From the NCBI GenBank assembly GCA_032124675.1, contig JAQBDA010000315.1:7800-71799 (forward strand): 64,000 bases of DNA, written 5' to 3'. Positions 60,925 through 64,000 of this stretch are shown here, in pieces (within the stretch, counting starts at the first letter, position 1; each line of letters opens with the position of its first letter). The notes under the pieces are model-generated. The model was not told the DNA's origin. It saw only the letters and a program-made list of their open reading frames with translations, and did not search any database. Origin of the DNA: Chloroflexota bacterium. GTDB lineage: Bacteria > Chloroflexota > Anaerolineae > Anaerolineales > UBA4823. The translations under genes and the position numbers were made by a program.

Positions 60925-62936
60925 TACTGCGCCGTACTCCCCTGGAGCAGGGCAGCGTCTTCTTCCCTGGCGACCCGGCGACCTTCATCGACGTTCACCC
61001 GGGTCAGCAGGTAGCCCCCGATCACGAAGAAAGCGATGATGCTCAATACTGCTGGACGGCTGCTGTTGAATGTGGTGGCAGCAAATGCGAACAGCAATGG
61101 TCCCAGGATGGCAGAGAACTTCTCCATGACACTGAACATACCGAAGAACTCTCCACTCTTGGATGCCGGGGACATGACCGAGAACAGGCTGCGGCTCAGC
61201 GCCTGGCTGCCGCCCTGCACCACAGCCACCATCCAGGCCAGGAACCAGAACTCCACGACCGAGTTAACGAAGAAGCCCCATACGGCGATGACTGCATAGA
61301 CGATTAGAGCCAGCAAGATGCTGTTTTTCGTGTCCATCTGCTCCGCCAGACCCGAAAATAACGGCCGTCCAAGCAAGGCTGACAGCAGCAGCCCGAACAG
61401 CTCGACAGCCAAAATCAGCCCAATGATCAATCCCAGGTTGCTCTCACGCTGCGGGGGCATAACCTCGAACTGCGCCAGGCTCATCTGTGAGCCGCTGGAA
61501 GAAGAGTTTTGATCGCCCGTGTTGATCACAATCAGTGTGTGCTCGCCGGGTTCTTCAGCCTCCACAATCTCGGCTTCGCCATAGCGCAGCGTCGGGTTGT
61601 AAGCGTCGATCGTCAGCGGCTGGTCTGTTTCCGGGTCGATCAAAGGCTGTCCATCCATTTCTGCTGCCCAGATCCCATGATCCGGTCCGGTGCTGTAAGT
61701 GAGCTCGACCCGCCTTCCGTTGAAAACAATCTGGTAGGCTGCCCCAGACTGGTCGGTGGTCCGGTATTCCACGCTCTGGTCTGCTCCGATCTGATTGGCG
61801 GAAATGGTTTCCTCCGCCCAGCTGCCCTGGTATTCTACCGGTGCCTGTTCAACGAGATAGACGCCTTCCCCCAGTGCAGCAGCAGTAGTTGCGTAAGGCG
61901 CAGGGGGCATGCCGCTGACATCTGCCGGCAGCAGCCGGGAACTGGCAATGCCAACCAGCGGCAGAGCCACCATGTTATAGAGTACAAATGCCAGGTAGAA
62001 TGGGCGGCGGGTATCGGTTTTGCCGGGCAGGCGCCCAAATATCAAACTATAAGGGATGGCGACGAACTGGACCAGCAACAGCGCCAGGACCAGCGAAATG
62101 CTGTCGAAGCCAAGTTCTGCGCCATAGATAGCTGCCACTCCGATGATCGTGCCGATGCCATCGGCATAGATCAGGAAGGCGACCAGGAACTTCAACAGCT
62201 CTCGATAACGACCGACATCTTTCAGCGTTTCTATCAGGCGTTTGAAGCTTGCACCCACAATCGAAACACCTGGGGAGAGTTTTACCGTGGCGGAGGGTGG
62301 TTCGGGTACGCGCAGGAAGAGCGGAATGGAGAATACTCCCCACCACAGTGCCACACTGAGGAAGGATAGGCGTGCCCCCCAGGTGCCCGGGAGGAGCTGG
62401 ATCATAGCGATGTTAATCGCCAGCAGCAGACCTCCTCCGAGATAGCCGATAGCAAAACCGCGCGCCGAGACACTATCCCGGTCCTCCTCATTGGCGACAT
62501 GTGGCAGCAAAGCATCGTAAAACACATTTGCACCCGTCCAGCCGATGCGCCCAAAGACGAACAACAGCGAGGCCAGCAGCCAATCACCGGTATCGACCAG
62601 CACCAGCAGCCCTGTTCCCACGATCCCCATACCGAAGAAGATCGCCAGGAAGCGTTTCTTGCCGCGCATCACGTCCGAGATCGTGCCCAGGATAGGCGAG
62701 AGGAGGGCGACGATGAATAGGGAAATGCTCAACCCGGCGCTCCAATACGCCGTTGCAACAGCCGGGCTGGAGAGGGTCGATCCAGCTACCTGGCTGTAAT
62801 AGACGGGAAGAACAGCTGCCAAAATTGTTGTGGCGAAAGCCGAGTTCGCCCAATCGTAGAGAGTCCAGGCACGGATGCGGCGCTTATATTCGCTTTCAGT
62901 AATCCCCTGGGATGCGGTCATGCTGATAGATGCCAT
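60924..62936 (-). CDS. MFS transporter, UMF1/Atg22-like family, with a large soluble insertion
   Basis: 670 aa. N-terminal WTLYDWANSAF signature of UMF1-type MFS. A roughly 165-aa hydrophilic segment (about residues 334-499) lies between hydrophobic halves. Confidence 0.75.
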   Translation of the reverse strand: MASISMTASQGITESEYKRRIRAWTLYDWANSAFATTILAAVLPVYYSQVAGSTLSSPAVATAYWSAGLSISLFIVALLSPILGTISDVMRGKKRFLAIFFGMGIVGTGLLVLVDTGDWLLASLLFVFGRIGWTGANVFYDALLPHVANEEDRDSVSARGFAIGYLGGGLLLAINIAMIQLLPGTWGARLSFLSVALWWGVFSIPLFLRVPEPPSATVKLSPGVSIVGASFKRLIETLKDVGRYRELLKFLVAFLIYADGIGTIIGVAAIYGAELGFDSISLVLALLLVQFVAIPYSLIFGRLPGKTDTRRPFYLAFVLYNMVALPLVGIASSRLLPADVSGMPPAPYATTAAALGEGVYLVEQAPVEYQGSWAEETISANQIGADQSVEYRTTDQSGAAYQIVFNGRRVELTYSTGPDHGIWAAEMDGQPLIDPETDQPLTIDAYNPTLRYGEAEIVEAEEPGEHTLIVINTGDQNSSSSGSQMSLAQFEVMPPQRESNLGLIIGLILAVELFGLLLSALLGRPLFSGLAEQMDTKNSILLALIVYAVIAVWGFFVNSVVEFWFLAWMVAVVQGGSQALSRSLFSVMSPASKSGEFFGMFSVMEKFSAILGPLLFAFAATTFNSSRPAVLSIIAFFVIGGYLLTRVNVDEGRRVAREEDAALLQGSTAQ

Positions 62937-63181
62937 TCTGTTCTCCTTAACCTGGATGTGTGACTGTGGCTCTAACTATGCTGGTTCTGTTGTAGCGGTA
63001 TGTGGTTGGAGATAATTATAGCTGATTCAGCACCCTGAAGATATACCGGATAGTGCCCACCCTCCCTGGTGCCGAGTGAGAAACCAGCTCAGGTAACAAA
63101 TTGTTGCAGGCATCCCCTCCCACCTGGCTTGAATCTGATTTATAATATCAATACACCCTGAAATTTATACTATAGAACCAA

Positions 63182-63255
63182 CGCAGTTGGTGGGTGACGG
63201 GGGTGTTTGGGCGGGCATCGCCCGCCCAAACACCCCCGTCACCCCACCAACTGCG
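63182..63255. repeat. 74-nt GC-rich near-perfect palindrome (about 35-bp stem, 3-nt loop, one bulged C)
   Basis: cgcagttggtgggtgacgggggtgtttgggcgggc-atc-gcccgcccaaacacccccgtcaccccaccaactgcg. Lies 30 nt upstream of the fabF ATG. Confidence 0.85.
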
Positions 63256-63284
63256 AAAATCCAATAAGTATTGGAGGTGGTTGC

Positions 63285-64000
63285 ATGCCGGAAAAAGTAG
63301 TCATCACGGGAATGGGTGCCATCACATCGGTAGGGCACACAGTAGATGAGATCTGGGGTAATATCCTCAATGGCGTCTCCGGGGTCGGTCCGATCACGCT
63401 GTTCGATGACCGCGAATTTGGGGTACATTTTGCATGTGAGGTGAAAGATTTCCATCCTGAGAAGGTAATGAATCCCCGGGAAGCTCGCCGCCGAGACCGC
63501 TACCAGCAGTTCAGCACGGTGGCAGTACAGGCGGCAATCCAGCAGGCAGGATTGGTCGATTCGAGCACACGACCAGAGCGGGTGGCAGTCATTCTGTCCT
63601 CTGCAATTGGGGGTCTGCATACATTATCGGACGCCTTACATACTCTGGCGCAGGACGGGCCGCGACGGCTAAGCCCCTTCGTTATTCCGATGCTGATGTC
63701 GAACGGGGCAGCCGGGCTGGTTGCCATCGATTACGGATTCTCAGGGCCCAGCTTCTCGGTTGCCTCTGCCTGCGCCTCCGGAGCAGATGGGATCGGCACG
63801 GCCTGGAGCTTGCTGCGCACCGGCGTAGCCGATGTAGCCATCACCGGGGCCAGTGAAGCCACGATCACCCCGCTGGGTGTGGGTGCCTTCGACCGCCTGG
63901 GTGCCCTATCACGCAGGAACGAGGATTACTCCATGACCCCACAGCCCTTCGACCTGAACCGTGACGGTCTGGTGATGGGTGAGGGAGCAGCCATATTGGT
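63285..64000 (+). CDS. fabF: beta-ketoacyl-ACP synthase II, 5' part (continues past right edge)
   Basis: Own translation from ATG 63285 (GGAGGTGG SD): MPEKVVITGMGAITSVGHTVDEIWGNILNGVSGVGPITLFD...GPSFSVASACASG (active-site Cys region). Open to the window end. Confidence 0.9.
   Translation, partial: MPEKVVITGMGAITSVGHTVDEIWGNILNGVSGVGPITLFDDREFGVHFACEVKDFHPEKVMNPREARRRDRYQQFSTVAVQAAIQQAGLVDSSTRPERVAVILSSAIGGLHTLSDALHTLAQDGPRRLSPFVIPMLMSNGAAGLVAIDYGFSGPSFSVASACASGADGIGTAWSLLRTGVADVAITGASEATITPLGVGAFDRLGALSRRNEDYSMTPQPFDLNRDGLVMGEGAAIL

Noticed and set aside
63129-63146. TTGAAT ... TATAAT as a fabF/MFS promoter
   Set aside because: The hexamers are separated by only 6 nt, incompatible with sigma70 spacing. 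No alternative pair with good spacing was found by eye.
63165-63620. 151-aa minus-strand ORF
   Set aside because: It runs through the GC-rich palindrome and is antisense to the fabF 5' end. fabF is clearly the real gene.

Overview
GC-rich bacterial chromosomal window. Gene content and protein style suggest a Chloroflexota/Anaerolineae-like organism, but that is inference only.

Positions 1-44620 form one uninterrupted minus-strand glycan-biosynthesis supercluster of about 42 genes, many joined by 1-, 4- or 8-nt start/stop overlaps. It contains:
- three NeuB-family nonulosonic-acid (NulO) synthases, one fused to a xylose-isomerase-like TIM barrel and one lacking the SAF domain;
- three cytidylyltransferases, one fused to a KdsC-type HAD phosphatase;
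- three large HP-motif GT-B-like transferases;
- a PseB-type 4,6-dehydratase plus an RmlD-like reductase;
- a fused ATP-sulfurylase/APS-kinase (PAPS synthase) with three sulfotransferases;
- four SAM methyltransferases, and GT2/GT4 glycosyltransferases;
- a Wzm/Wzt ABC exporter with a Wzt C-terminal extension;
- Fcl, a wHTH regulator, and a polyprenyl-phosphate-sugar/GT-C module.

The most unusual element is an aaRS-like amino acid:[carrier protein] ligase plus ACP pair, coupled to two N-acyltransferases and an M28-like DUF4910 protein.

Two low-GC cassettes interrupt the cluster: a GxxExxY gene bracketed by an 18-bp perfect inverted repeat, and a four-helix-bundle/IVS-type gene with an in-frame TAA. 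A family of 7-8-nt periodic repeats also occurs, including one copy embedded in frame in a coding sequence.

The right third (44.8-64 kb) carries membrane signalling proteins (FHA), a CelD-like GNAT, an AmmeMemoRadiSam-type radical SAM enzyme, mobA, hutU, an Rrf2 regulator flanked by repeat-bearing AT-rich regions, ugd, methyltransferases, ubiX/ubiE, a UMF1-type MFS transporter and the 5' part of fabF.

No rRNA, tRNA, CRISPR array, transposase or integrase was recognised. All family assignments come from motif recognition by eye; no database search was run.
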